This document shows positions 13,085 to 24,720 of a stretch of DNA of 64,000 nucleotides, in pieces. Source of the DNA: Camelus dromedarius (lineage: Eukaryota); the NCBI RefSeq assembly GCF_036321535.1, contig NC_087436.1, forward strand, positions 59,708,001 through 59,772,000. Direction: 5' to 3'. Numbering within the stretch: position 1 is the first letter of the stretch; each line of letters starts with the position of its first letter. Below the pieces are notes generated by a model. That model saw nothing but the letters and a program-made list of their open reading frames with translations. It made no database searches and had not been told where the DNA came from. The translations under genes were made by a program, and so were the position numbers.

Positions 13085-16000
13085 AGTTAACTACAAGAAA
13101 AAAATTAGAAAGGCAGTTCAGTGAGCTCAGGGATAAAATTAATGAACAGAAGGAATGTATTATCAAAAAGACTGAAACTCTTAAAAAACACAAATTCTGG
13201 AGCTGAAGAGTTCAATAAATGAGATGAATGCATTAAAAAGCACTTGAAATAGAGTGATATGGAAGAGAGAACTGGCAAACTCGTACATAGAAATCTAGAA
13301 GTAATACAAGTTGAAGAGGAAAGAATTAAGGTATTTTTTAAGTGAGGAAATTTTATGAGCACTAACTATTAGGGCAAAGATTAGGATAAGGCGTATTCCA
13401 GAAGGAGGAGGAAAGCAGAGTTTATTTAAAGAAATAATAGCTGAGAACTTCCCAAACCTGGAGAAGGAACTAGATGTACAAGCCCATGAAGCTGAGAGAA
13501 CTAATTACCTCAAAGCAAAAAACTTCTCCAAGATGCATATTCAAATTCTCAGAAGTCAATGACAAAGGATTTTAAAGGTCGTCAGGGAAGGAAAAAAAGT
13601 CCCTTAAAAAGGTACCCACATTAGGCTATCAAACTTTTCAGCAGAACCTCTAGAGGCCAGGAAGGAGTGGAGTGACATTCTAAAAACACTGAAAGATGAA
13701 GACTGCCAGCTAAGAACACTATTCAGCAAAGTTATCATTCAGATGTGAAAAAATTAAAGACCTTCCCAAACAAGAGCTGAGGGAGCTCATCACCACTACA
13801 CTGGCAACAACAACCACTGAAAGGTGTTCTACCAGAAACATGAAGGCAAAAGTACACAAAACTTTGAGTAAGATGATAGGTACACTCAGAAAATTGCAAC
13901 TGTTTCAGAATAGGTTTTTAAACACTTTATTATAGCATAAAAGTTAAAAGGGAAACCAGAAAAAAATATAGCTACTACAATTTGGTAACAAACTCACATG
14001 AAAAAGGATAATTCAAGACAATGAAAAAAGAAGAGGGAAAGAATGGAACACATATAGCCAAATAAAGATAAGATACTATCAGCAGAAAAAGGACTATTCT
14101 ATCTATGAGACATTTTATACAAACCTCATGGTAACCACAAAACAAATCTAGAGCAGAGATCCAAAATGAAGAAAGGAGAAAAACAGAACATCATCAAAAA
14201 TTTCAGACAGAAACACAAGGGAAAATTCTTAAAAATGGAGAAATAGAGCTACCAGAAAACAAGATAAAATGGCAGTACTAAGTCCTCATCAATAATCACC
14301 CTAAATGTAAATGAACTGAACTCAGAGTGGCTGGATAGATTCAAGAACAAGACCCAACTATATGCTGCCTCCAGGAGACTCATCACACTCTAAAGACAAA
14401 CATAGGCTCAGGGTGAAGGGATTGAAGAGGATACTCCCAGCAAATTGCAGCCAAAAGAAAGCAGGTATAGCCATACTCAGACAAAAAAAGACTTTAACGC
14501 AAAAAAAAAAAAAAAAAAGCCATGAGAGAAAGATTAACAATACATACTGATAAAGTAGATAATTCATTGAGATAACTCAACTATTAATACTCACACAACA
14601 TATGAGCACCAAAATGTTTAACAATCATATACAGATCTAAAAGGAGAAACTGACAGCAACATGAGACTTTAAACATTCCACTAACATCAATGGACAGACC
14701 ATCCAGGCAGCAAGTCAACAAGGAAACAGCAGCCTTAAATGAAACATTAGACCAACTGGATTTGCTAGACTTGAACAAAACATTCCATCCAAATGCAGAA
14801 TACACATTCTGCAACTGCACATGGAACTTTCTCAAGGATAGATTACATAATGAGATACAGGTCAATAAATTTAAGGCTACTGGAATCATATCACACATCT
14901 CTTCCAAACACAATGGTATGAAACCATAAAACCAACTTCAAGAAGAAAGCTGAGAAGTATGTGGAGGCTGAATTACTTGTTATAGAACAACTATTACAAC
15001 AATTAGTAAATCAAAGGAGAAATAAAAATACCTGAAGACAAATGAAAATATAACATATCAAAAGCTGTGTGATGTAGCAAAAGTTGCACTAAGAAGTTTA
15101 TAGCAACACAGGTCTACCTCAAAAAACAAGAAAAATTTCACGTAAATAATCTTACACCGAAAGGTACTAGAAATATAATAGATGGAGTCCAAAATCAGAA
15201 TAAAGAAAGGAAATAAAGATCAGAGTGGAAATAAGATAGACACTAAAAAGACAATACAGAAGATCAAACTAAGAGCTGGTTCTTTAACAATTTATAAATC
15301 TCTAGTTAGACTAAGAAAGAGAAGGCTCTGATAAAGTCAGAAACCAGAGGAATGACAACAGATACCACAGAAATACAAAGGACATTTGTTCATTAGAATA
15401 AATAAACAAATTATTAGAATCATACAACTAGGACTGAATCATTAAGAAGCAGGTCTGAATAAGCTGATCGTTAGTATGGAAGTTGAAATAGCAATCAAAA
15501 CCCTTGTAAAAAACAAAAGTCCAGGACCAGACTACTTCACAGATGAATTCTACCAAACAAAGAATTTAACACCCATCCTTCTCGAACTCTTCCAAAAAGT
15601 TGAAGAGGAAGGAATTTTTTCTAATTCATTTTACCAAGTGATAACCAAAATCAAACGAAAAGGAAAGTACAGGTCAGTATCTCTGAAAAACAGATGAAAA
15701 AATCCTGAACAAAACATAGGCAATCAAATACAATAATACATTTTACTAATGGATCACACACCATGATCAAGTGGGATTTATTCTGAGGATGCAGTTCAAT
15801 ATCTACAACAACAGAAGAAATGAAAAATCTGATGTGCTACACTACAACCTTAACAAAGGATAAAAACCATATCATTAATTGATGCAGAAAACTGTTTAAG
15901 GATAAATACAAATTTATAATAAAAATTCTCAGTAAAGTTATAGAAGGAATATACTTGAACATAATAAAGACCATACATGACAAACTCACAGCTAACATAC

Positions 16001-18068
16001 TCAATAATGAAAAACTGAAAGCTGTCCTTCTAAAATCAGGAGTAAGATAAGGATCCCTCTTCTTGCCACTCTTATTCAAGAGAGTGTTGAATCTAGCCAG
16101 AGCAACTAGGTAAGAAAAATAAAGCACATCCAAATTAGAAAGGAAGAGATAAAACTGTCACTGTTTGTGGGTGACATGATTTTATACATAGAAAACCCTG
16201 AAGACTACCAAAAAACAGTTAGGAATAATAAAGGAATACAGTATGGATGCAGGGTGCAAAAACATACAAAAATCTATTGCATTTCTGTATGCTAACAATG
16301 AGCTAGCAGAAAGAAAAAGAAAATAATCCCACTTAAAATCACGGAAGAATACACGTAGGAATAAATTTAACCAAAGAGAGAAAGTGAAGACACAAATGTA
16401 AAGATAATCTGTGCTCATGGATTGGAAGAATTATCATTGTTATAACTCCATATGATCTAAAGTTATCTATAACATCGATTCAGTCTCTATCAAAATCCCA
16501 AGGACATTTCACAGAAATAGAAGAAAACTTCTAAGATTTATATGGAACTAAAGAAAATCCTAAATAGCCAAAGCAACCCCAAAAATAAAGAATAAAGCTG
16601 GAGGTATCACACTCTGATTTCATACTATTGCAAAGTCATAGTAATCAAAACAGCATAGTATTGGCAGGACAACAGATAGATCACTGGAACACAACTGAGA
16701 GCCCAGAAATAAACCTACCTGTATATGGACACAATTAACAAACAACAAACATACAGTGAAGAAAGGGTAATCTCTTCAGTAAGTAGTATTGGGAAAAGTA
16801 CACAGCAACATGCAAAAAAAAAAAAAAAAAAAAAAAGAAACTAGACTACTGTCTCACACTATACATACAAATCAAGTCATAATGGATTACAGATTAAAAT
16901 TTAAGACCTGAGAAACCATGGAACTCCTAAAAGAAAACATAGAACACTCTGACATTAGTCTTCGCAATACTATTCTAGATAGGTCTCTTCAGGCAAGGGA
17001 AACAACAGTAAGCCAATGGGACTACATTGAACGAAAAAGTTTCTGCACAGTAAGAGACCATCAAAATGGGAAACAACCTACTAAATGAGAGAAGATACTA
17101 TAAGTCATATATACCATAATATCCAAAATATACAAAGAACATACAACTCATATTATAAGTCATATGTATGATAATATCCAAAATATACAAAGAACACATA
17201 CAACTCATTATCAAAAAAAAACACACACAATTAAAAAGTGGGCAGAGAACTAAACAGACATTTTTCCAAAGACAACATACAGGTGGCCAACAGATGCATG
17301 GATAGATGTTCAAATGTCACTATTAGGGAAATGCCCATCAGAAGCTTAATGAGATACTACCTCATGCTTGTTAGAATGGCTATTATCAAAAAGGCAAGTA
17401 GTAAGTGTTTGCCAGGTTGTGAAGAAAAAGGAATCCTCATACACTGTTGGTGGAAATGTAAGTTGGTACAGCCACAATGAAAAATATGGAGGCTCCTCAA
17501 AAAATTAATAACAGAACTACCACATGATCCAGCAATTTCACTTTTGGGTATTTATCAAGAAAATATGAAAACACTAATACAAAAAGGAATTTACCCTTAT
17601 GTTCAAAGCAGCATTATTCTCAATAGTGAAGATATGGAAACTGAGTGCCAATCAACAAATTAATGGATAAAGATGATACAGCATATACGCACAATGGAGT
17701 ATTACTCAACCATAAAAAAGATGAAATCTTGCTATTTAATAACATGAATGGACCTTGAGGGTATTATGCTAATTAAAAAAAAATCAGATGGAAAAAAATG
17801 CCATATGATTTCACTTATACATGTAATTAAAAAACCAAAGAAATAAAAAAAGCCTAAACCCAACAAAACAGATATACAGAATAGAGTGTTCCCAGAGGAA
17901 AAGCAGCATTGAGGGAGGAGAAATGGGTAAAGGGTCAACTGCATGGTGATGGATGGAAACTAAATTTTTCGTGGTGAGCACACTCTACAGAAACAGAAAT
18001 GTAATGTTTTCCACATCAAACAAAGTGTCATATACCAACACTACCTCAAAAAATTTAAAAGTAAAATA
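13085..18068 (+). mobile_element. Decayed, 5'-truncated LINE-1 (~5 kb): 3' part of ORF1, ORF2 (EN, RT, C-terminal), 3' UTR, A-rich tail; antisense to CCSER1
   Basis: Endonuclease QDPTICCLQET (~14348-14380), KSPGPD (~15515), degenerate RT motif LSLFVGDMIL in place of LFADDM (~16154-16183), C-terminal HCWWKCKLVQP (~17440-17475), Laurasiatherian-type 3' UTR (gggtaaagggtcaactgcatggtgatggatggaaact). Many frameshifts and stops. Confidence 0.95.
17099..17210. repeat. Imperfect ~55-bp tandem duplication inside L1 ORF2
   Basis: tataagtcatat...ataatatccaaaatatacaaagaac(ac)atacaactcat occurs at 17099-17153 and 17154-17210. Confidence 0.85.
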
Positions 18069-20322
18069 AAACCATTTATTTTTCCACAACCCCACACTGA
18101 TCCTAACTTTTTAATACAACTCCTAAAAATATCAAAATGAGGCTAAGTTTTTTAATTCCAACTTTACTTAATTTGTATATAAATTCTTTATTGGCATAGT
18201 TACATCTAAATTTGATATATAGTGTATAAAGATTTAAAAAGTGTATGTAGATAGAAGTGCTTTGATAATAGAAGTTAAGATATGAGAAACCCATGACAAA
18301 CTAAACTAAAATTACAGGTTATGAATTAAGAGTACAAGAACTTGGTCTAAAATGTTTTGAAATTTTCAAATTTAGGAAGTTAAGGTATAGATGTTAAGTT
18401 TAATGTCCACCTTGTCAAAATGTCACAAGTTACTTATCAGATTCAGAAACACTAGGACCTAATTTTCAATGGATCCAAGTGCATTACTTTTATGTGATTG
18501 CCACTTCTCCATGCTCCAAATTCAGTTTAACAACTTTCTTTTTAACAATATTTTTTCTTCCTTAAATTCTTAAATCATCTGTGTATTTTCTTCTTTAGGT
18601 AGAGTCTTCTTTAAAACAAACTATTTCTAAAAGTTAATTTTTCTTTTTGAACTATTCAAGATGACTATGCAAACTACATAGTACAAAAAATTAAAATGGT
18701 ACCTTGATTGTTACCTGCAAAATTTTAGAGGCTAAGAGGTCAATTTGGGTAATTCAAGTTCAAAGGAAAAAAATATTTGCACCTCATTTTACTCAGTCAA
18801 CCAACAGAGGACTTTCTGGAGGGAGTATTACTAAATTACCTTAATTATAGCTATGTAACATTGGCTCTGGGAGTAAGAATTTTCTTTTTCATTTCATACA
18901 ACAAATAAGGTCTTTTTTATTATATATGTTAAGTTTTACACCTCATCATAACTAATGTTGAAGGGGGGAAAAAAGAACATTTCTGAGTTAATTGTCCAAA
19001 ATAAGCATTCTTTAACAAAATTTTCTGCTGGGTTAAACTGATGATTTTATGCATCCATTCATAAATATCTATATATGATTTTTACTCAACTCAAAGCTTG
19101 ATTACATAAAATATATCTCTAGGGTTATGTTAAATATAGGAATGCCTTCATGTAATTGAGTTTATATTATCAATTACTTATAAAAAGTTACCCCCAGTAA
19201 TGTAAGACATGCTCCTTTTGTCTGTAATACTATTACTATTTTAAGTACTGGTTTATGGGTTTTCTAAGGAAATATGTTCATGGGACCAATAATTGGCATT
19301 AACCCAGTCAAAGGTCTGGTTTTAGTAAAAATGTTGTCAGTTGTCGAGAGTCAGTAAAATATGCTCTACATTTGTCTGCTATCTCACTAATATGTTCTCA
19401 GACGCTTGATGGCCTATAAGATCTATTTTGTCATTTAATTGTATTTAATAATTACCTAATACATCATTGTTAGTGTACTCAAATCTGAAATCAAAGAATA
19501 TTATTGATTAGGGTTTGTTTTTTGATCCTGATAAGGAGTCAGGGTCTCTTACTGTATAGTATATCTTTATTTTACTGGTATTAAGAGCTCTTGATTAATT
19601 TTTAAAGATAATTCATTGCTTTTTCATTTTTGTTTTAGACAACTCATTTTTATTTATATCCCGATTAAGTGTGTTTTCTTGCAAAATACTATTCATATAT
19701 ATAAATTGAAAATACATACCTAGAAAAGTAATGCCCCCTGCTATTCTTGTTACCTACCAAATGTGTTATGTTAGGAAAGTATGATTACATTTTTTATGAT
19801 ATCACATTAAAAAACCCTGAAAACATGAACTATACACATTTCATATTTTTTGTAAATTTTACATTTGGATTTATATATCTTTATTAACAAAAAAATCTTA
19901 TTAAGTTTATGCATTTTTGGTAGCTTTATAAAAAAGCAAAATGTTTTTGTTTGCAAAATTGAGCACTTTGCTTTATATTACATGATTGTATCTCTAGGTA
20001 TGGCAGTATGAAGTTAAATCTGGCACTTCACAAAAACGTGGGTTTAGCTTTCATAATTTGACAGGTACAACTGAAATGTCTAATTCTGGTTCAGTAATCT
20101 GTTTCTGGAATTGTACAAAGCTAAATATATACTATAAAACATTCTAATTTTCAGGTTGTCAAAACCTCATTACTGTAGGATTATAAAATTTATAATCATA
20201 GTGAATCATTAATAGTTTATAAACCATTAATAACGTTCATGTTAATAAGGTTGTTGTAGGGTTTCTAACAAATTAGCTTGCAAGGAAAATACACTTGTGT
20301 GTCAGATATTGTTCACACTTAC

Positions 20323-20406
20323 CAGTTCTTCCTGAAGTTGGGAAATGAGTTCATCCTTCTCTTTCAGTTGCAGTTTCAGCAGTGAGCATTCATCTTTCAT
20401 GATATC
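20323..20406 (-). CDS. CCSER1: Internal coding exon (84 nt, phase 0/0) of coiled-coil serine-rich protein 1
   Basis: Minus strand reads tctttttgatgtttttatAG|GAT ATC ATG AAA GAT GAA TGC TCA CTG CTG AAA CTG CAA CTG AAA GAG AAG GAT GAA CTC ATT TCC CAA CTT CAG GAA GAA CTG|GTAAGT. Acceptor and donor are canonical; 28 open codons give DIMKDECSLLKLQLKEKDELISQLQEEL with leucine heptads. The peptide matches my recollection of the CCSER1/FAM190A coiled coil; not BLAST-verified. Confidence 0.9.
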
Positions 20407-20879
20407 CTATAAAAACATCAAAAAGACAGCATAATAAATAGGCTTAGTCCTTTCACTTTGCTCTTGATAAGGAAAGTTAGCTTCACACAGCGGGAGATAA
20501 TTGCCTTTGACTAATGAAACTTATATATCCTCTAAGGTGTGGTATTTTCCACAACATACTCTATGCTATGTTGCAATACAAGCTGATGTATTCAAAGATA
20601 TTATGCTATATATAATGTCTAAACACATATTTTTTTCTGATTGACTTTTCTTTTTATTTCCCTTTGTCCATTTTGTTCCCTAAAAGAGAAGTCAAGGATT
20701 CATCTTCAATTCTGTCTTCCCATTCCTGTGCATACATAATCTGTGGAATAAAAATTAAAGGACATAATTATAACAAAATGGTATGTAAAGTTAATTATTA
20801 ATTCTCAAACCAATGGCCTTGGTATAGGCTTCATCTTTAATGATGTCTCTGCAACATGTCCCTCTCACTAGAGCTTTCT

Positions 20880-21915
20880 ATGTGGGCACTGAATCTTGTC
20901 ACTCTACATTGAACACTCAGCCACAGCCTACATGTACACAAAACATTCACGTCCATGACCTCTATTATTCTATGCTGGATAATTCTCACAGACACCTAAT
21001 CTAGACTTATCTTCTGAGATTCAACACAAATTAAACTATTTAGTGAGCATATACTCAGTACTGTCTCACAGACATTCCAACTCAAACTTTCTCAACATCT
21101 TTTTCCTACTCCAAAACTTCATTTCTATTTACTTCTCCCATCATCTTATTTCCTAAAATAACCAGAAAGTCATTGTATATTTTCAGCTTATACTCACTCT
21201 GAACCAAATCTGGTACCAAATTCTTTCATGTCTGTTTCCTTGGTATTTCTAGGACTCATCCTTCTTTATTCCTCATTGATTTACTCTAGGTATCCACTGC
21301 TTCTTATGTTACTACAGTAAGACTCTAAATGATTCTGTGTCTATCCCTTTCCCTATCTGCCAGAGATATTTTCCTAAATGAGAATTACATCATTTCTTTT
21401 TTGTATAGTTTCTCAATACAGTTAATCATATATAGTATATTCTTTACTACAGCACACAGTGCCTTTCATTATCAGCTATTGCTTGTTTCTGGAGCGTCAG
21501 TTTTTCATTTAGTTTTCTTACAAACTTGTGCTCATCCCCACAGAACCGAGATGCAGAATGTTGCTTTGTGTCTCCTTGCTTCACACATGCACATTTCTGG
21601 GTTATACTGCCTTCTACCCACTGCGTCCCTCTATCCCCCAATTTCTCAGGATTTAGGAGGTATTTCAAGCATCATTCCTTTTTCCAGGAGGGAGCTTTCC
21701 TTTGTTGGCTGAGTTATGTTTCCCTTGAGGGTGAGGGCATGCTCCACTGCATCTAAATCATGTATCATTTCATACAATACTAATACTTCAAGTGCCATTT
21801 GCTTGTTTCCCAGCCTCATTAGACTAGTCCCCCACCCCCACCGCTTGAGCAGACAGACTTTCATTAGCATATTACCAGTACCAAGCATTGCAAATGACAC
21901 ACATTAAGATATTCA
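20880..21915 (+). mobile_element. L2 LINE relic
   Basis: Pyrimidine-rich L2 3'-region text (ctagacttatcttctgagattcaacac...ctcacagacattccaactcaaac...attagactag...ttgagcagacagact). Confidence 0.6.
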
Positions 21916-22384
21916 AGTCCACATTTGCTTCCGATAAAATTACCAAATAAACAGTATAAACACTAGGGAGAATTCCCATTTTTTTCTAAATGGGGTAACT
22001 TTACCTAAGTTGACAAGGAAGAAAATAGCTAACGAATTACAGAAGACAGTATTTGTTTATTCTGCTTCTCAGGGTGTTAAGTTTCTACTCCCTCTACTAA
22101 GCAATACAGAACACATGATTCAAATTAATGCCGTCTTTCATTTGCGGACAGACAGCTGACTGGGAGACGCTAATTATCTGTTCCTTTTATTTTGCAGCAG
22201 CCCTATTTCTTCCCTAAATCATGGGCCTTAGTAGGTAGAGCTTTTTAGTGTTTGTTTTCATAGATTCTAAATTTAAATGTAACAATTTACCAAGTTATTG
22301 GTGAAAAGGCTTAGCCTGCTCCACAAGGCAAAGAAAATACAGTAGACTTAAAAGGTAGGTAAGAAAACAATCATGTCTCTTAGA

Positions 22385-22520
22385 ATCAGAGACATCTAGG
22401 GTCAAATCCTCGTTACTTTACCTCCCTCTGCTGTTTTGAGCTAATTAATGAACTTCTTTGGGCCCCCTGGACATTACTGTGGAAGTTGACGGTAACTCCA
22501 GACTATAAACTAACCAGTAA
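22385..22520 (+). mobile_element. MIR fragment
   Basis: agaatcagagacatctagggtcaaatcctc...tgctgttttgagctaattaatgaacttctttgggcc. Confidence 0.5.
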
Positions 22521-22611
22521 CAATAACGCTACTGTATTAGTACTTATATTCACAAAGTCATGCTTAATATCGCACTTAAGAAAAACTACCTCCCTTCATA
22601 AATTACAATGT

Positions 22612-23055
22612 TGTCACAGGTTGGGTTCTGTAGGAAACAAAAAACTGAGGTAGAGTTAAGGGTACAAAAGATTTATTAAAGAGTAAATCCGCATGAAAAG
22701 AAAAGTAAAAGAATAAGAACTGGTCAGGGAAACAGTGGGCCGTGACTCCTACCTGACGAAACCGCCGCCGCCAGCTAACCGAGGCGCGCCAACAGCAAGG
22801 CCGCCCGTGAGAGGAATACCGCGAGAAGGGAAGTGGGCGGGCCTTTGTGCCACCCGCTGCACAGTCATTGGTTGGGAGCTGCCTCGAGAAGAACTAGATC
22901 TCAGCTGCAGTTACTCAATTCATTGCTTCGACCCACCCAGAGACGAGCTGAGGCAGGCCCTAAAGGCACTAACAGCTGAAGGCAGTCAGCTACCCGCAGG
23001 ACTTGCAGCTGGGTAGTAAGTCCTTTATTGAAAGGGGATCTGAGCCTCAGCCTGA
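22612..23055 (-). mobile_element. ERVL LTR16-like solo LTR, unusually CpG-rich, sense to CCSER1
   Basis: Hallmarks recalled from LTR16: tgtcacaggttgggttc..., gggcctttgtgcc, cagtcattggttgggagctgcc, taacagctgaaggcagtcagc, cagctggg...aagtcctt...gaaaggggatctg. About 20 CpGs counted in 22690-23070. Confidence 0.75.
22753..22875 (-). promoter_or_regulatory. Putative LTR-derived internal promoter and short first exon
   Basis: Minus strand: CCAAT (22871-22867), eroded TATA position (~22843-22849), GC boxes (22835-22841, 22801-22806), 14 CpGs in 22741-22860, splice donor CAG|GTAGGA at 22753/22752. Confidence 0.4.
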
Positions 23056-23287
23056 ACCTACTCCGATTGTTATTTGACAATTAATAACCAATAGTTTTTT
23101 GTATATTAATTAGTAAATATGTTGTTAATTAATTAGTTTAAAATGAAGATTTACCTATATCATGGCTAATAGGAATTGAAAGAAACTTGCTCTTCCAAAA
23201 ACATGCTCACTTTCCACAATTCTCTGATTTCCTCCCCCCTCACTCACACCCCGGGAAGCTTTTTCAAGAAGTTCATAATCTCACACC

Positions 23288-23451
23288 TTTTTTTTTTTTT
23301 AATTTTTTTTTAATTTATTACTTTTTTTGTTGAGGGAGGAGACAATTAGGTTTAATCATTTATTTATTTTTAGAGGAGGTACTGGGGATTGAACCCAGGA
23401 CCTTGTACATGCTACACATGCACTCTACCACTTGAGCTATCCTCTCCCCCC
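23288..23451 (-). mobile_element. tRNA-Ala-derived SINE (camelid type)
   Basis: Reverse complement starts ggggggagaggATAGCTCAAGTGGtagagtgcatgtgtagcatgtacaaggtcctgGGTTCAATCCccagtacctcc (Pol III A and B boxes), followed by an AT-rich segment and poly(A). Confidence 0.9.
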
Positions 23452-23779
23452 TTATGAGCTCACAGCCTTAAATCAGGTTGGTGCTGATATATCATTTGTA
23501 CTTATTTATGGAATAACACATATTAAATATTTATCATATGTCATCAGAAGCCAATTTATAAAAACCTCTATGAATGATTTTGCAGATGAATCTCAGTTAC
23601 CTAGAGTTTTGTTTTTAGTTGTTAAATGTATACATGGCAAAATTCAGAAGTACCTGTCTAACACACAAAATGAAAACTCTTGAACAACACTTACTCTCAA
23701 GTGAAGACGACTCTCAAATGAATTAATATGGCCTCAATATTCTCACTATATTTGCAAAATTCTGGGTGGGGCTTTGGTC

Positions 23780-23910
23780 ACCAGCTTCTCACGTTGACTG
23801 CCTGAGTTGAATCATTCCCAAATTTCTGACTTACAAAATTGTGAACAAAACAAAAGTATAGTTGTAAGCCACTAAGTTTTGAGATGATTTGTTATATAGA
23901 TCACCAGAAC
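23780..23910 (+). mobile_element. MaLR (MLT1H/I-like) 3' end
   Basis: cccaaatttctgacttacaaaattgtgaac...gttgtaagccactaagttttgagatgatttgttat...accagaac. Confidence 0.6.
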
Positions 23911-24689
23911 GTATGGACAAACTCCAAATTATTAGAATTAGAATTGGTATAAATCATGACACATTATAGTTGTACAAAAATATATACAGGTAATTTTTAA
24001 AATAAAATATTCTGTGATTTAATTTATGATATGGGGATTTAAATTATGTTCTATTTAGTGTAACTTTCAAATAGCTCATTTCATGCATTAAAGAAATATT
24101 TATGTTCTCACTGTATATCCTACTGGAGAATCAGAAATACAAATATAAAATTTCATTAAAAACTATCTTATTCTTGTACTTTTATTTTCTAAATTTGGAA
24201 AGTTAGAGCCAGAGAAATGAATATTTGGGTAATTTGCCCTAAATTCAGTTAGCTGACTCCAGTCCCATATATTCTATAATTTATTTTTGCCTGGAATTAG
24301 AATCACCTCATTATTTAAGACTTGTATGAACAGAAATCAAGTGCCAAAAAATTAAAGGCAAGTAGAGTCTGTAAATCACCTTGAAAATGATCTTATGCTG
24401 AAATTAGAAATGCAGATGAAAAAAAATCAAATAATTTCTAACTCACAAACTTCCACATAATTCCTCAGGTAAAATTATGAATATGATTCTTGGCTACCAG
24501 TTACAAAAATATATCAAAATTTGTATTGAGTCATCATGACTTTTTCTATTTATAGACTTTTCTTCTCTCTGGAGGGCTTTTCTTTATGATTTACAAGCAG
24601 TTTTCCATTCTTGTAAGTGAAAAGCTCAAAAGATTAAAAAAGTAAAGGAAACTGACAGTGTAAACAAGGACAGACTGTTACGAACAAGT

Positions 24690-24720
24690 GAAAAAAAAAA
24701 AGAGAGAGAGAGAGAAGAAA
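24690..24720. repeat. (A)n(GA)n microsatellite
   Basis: gaaaaaaaaaaagagagagagagagaagaaa. Confidence 0.8.

Noticed and set aside
14362..17480. ORFs with L1 ORF2 similarity (14362, 14690, 15476, 17238) as an active retrotransposon
   Set aside because: Fragments of one frameshifted L1; the RT catalytic motif is mutated (FVGDM) and the 5' promoter is missing.
18700..18740. Recursive splice site TTTTGCAG|GTAACA on the minus strand
   Set aside because: Short polypyrimidine tract and mediocre donor; plausible by chance in 64 kb.
22735..23016. 93-aa GC-rich plus-strand ORF
   Set aside because: Starts at GTG, lies wholly within the LTR16-like element, and is open mainly because GC-richness depletes stop codons.
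23375..23451. tRNA-Ala gene (also at 60565-60627)
   Set aside because: The tRNA-like head is followed by a SINE body and A-rich tail, with a TSD at the second copy; anticodon and acceptor stems are degenerate.
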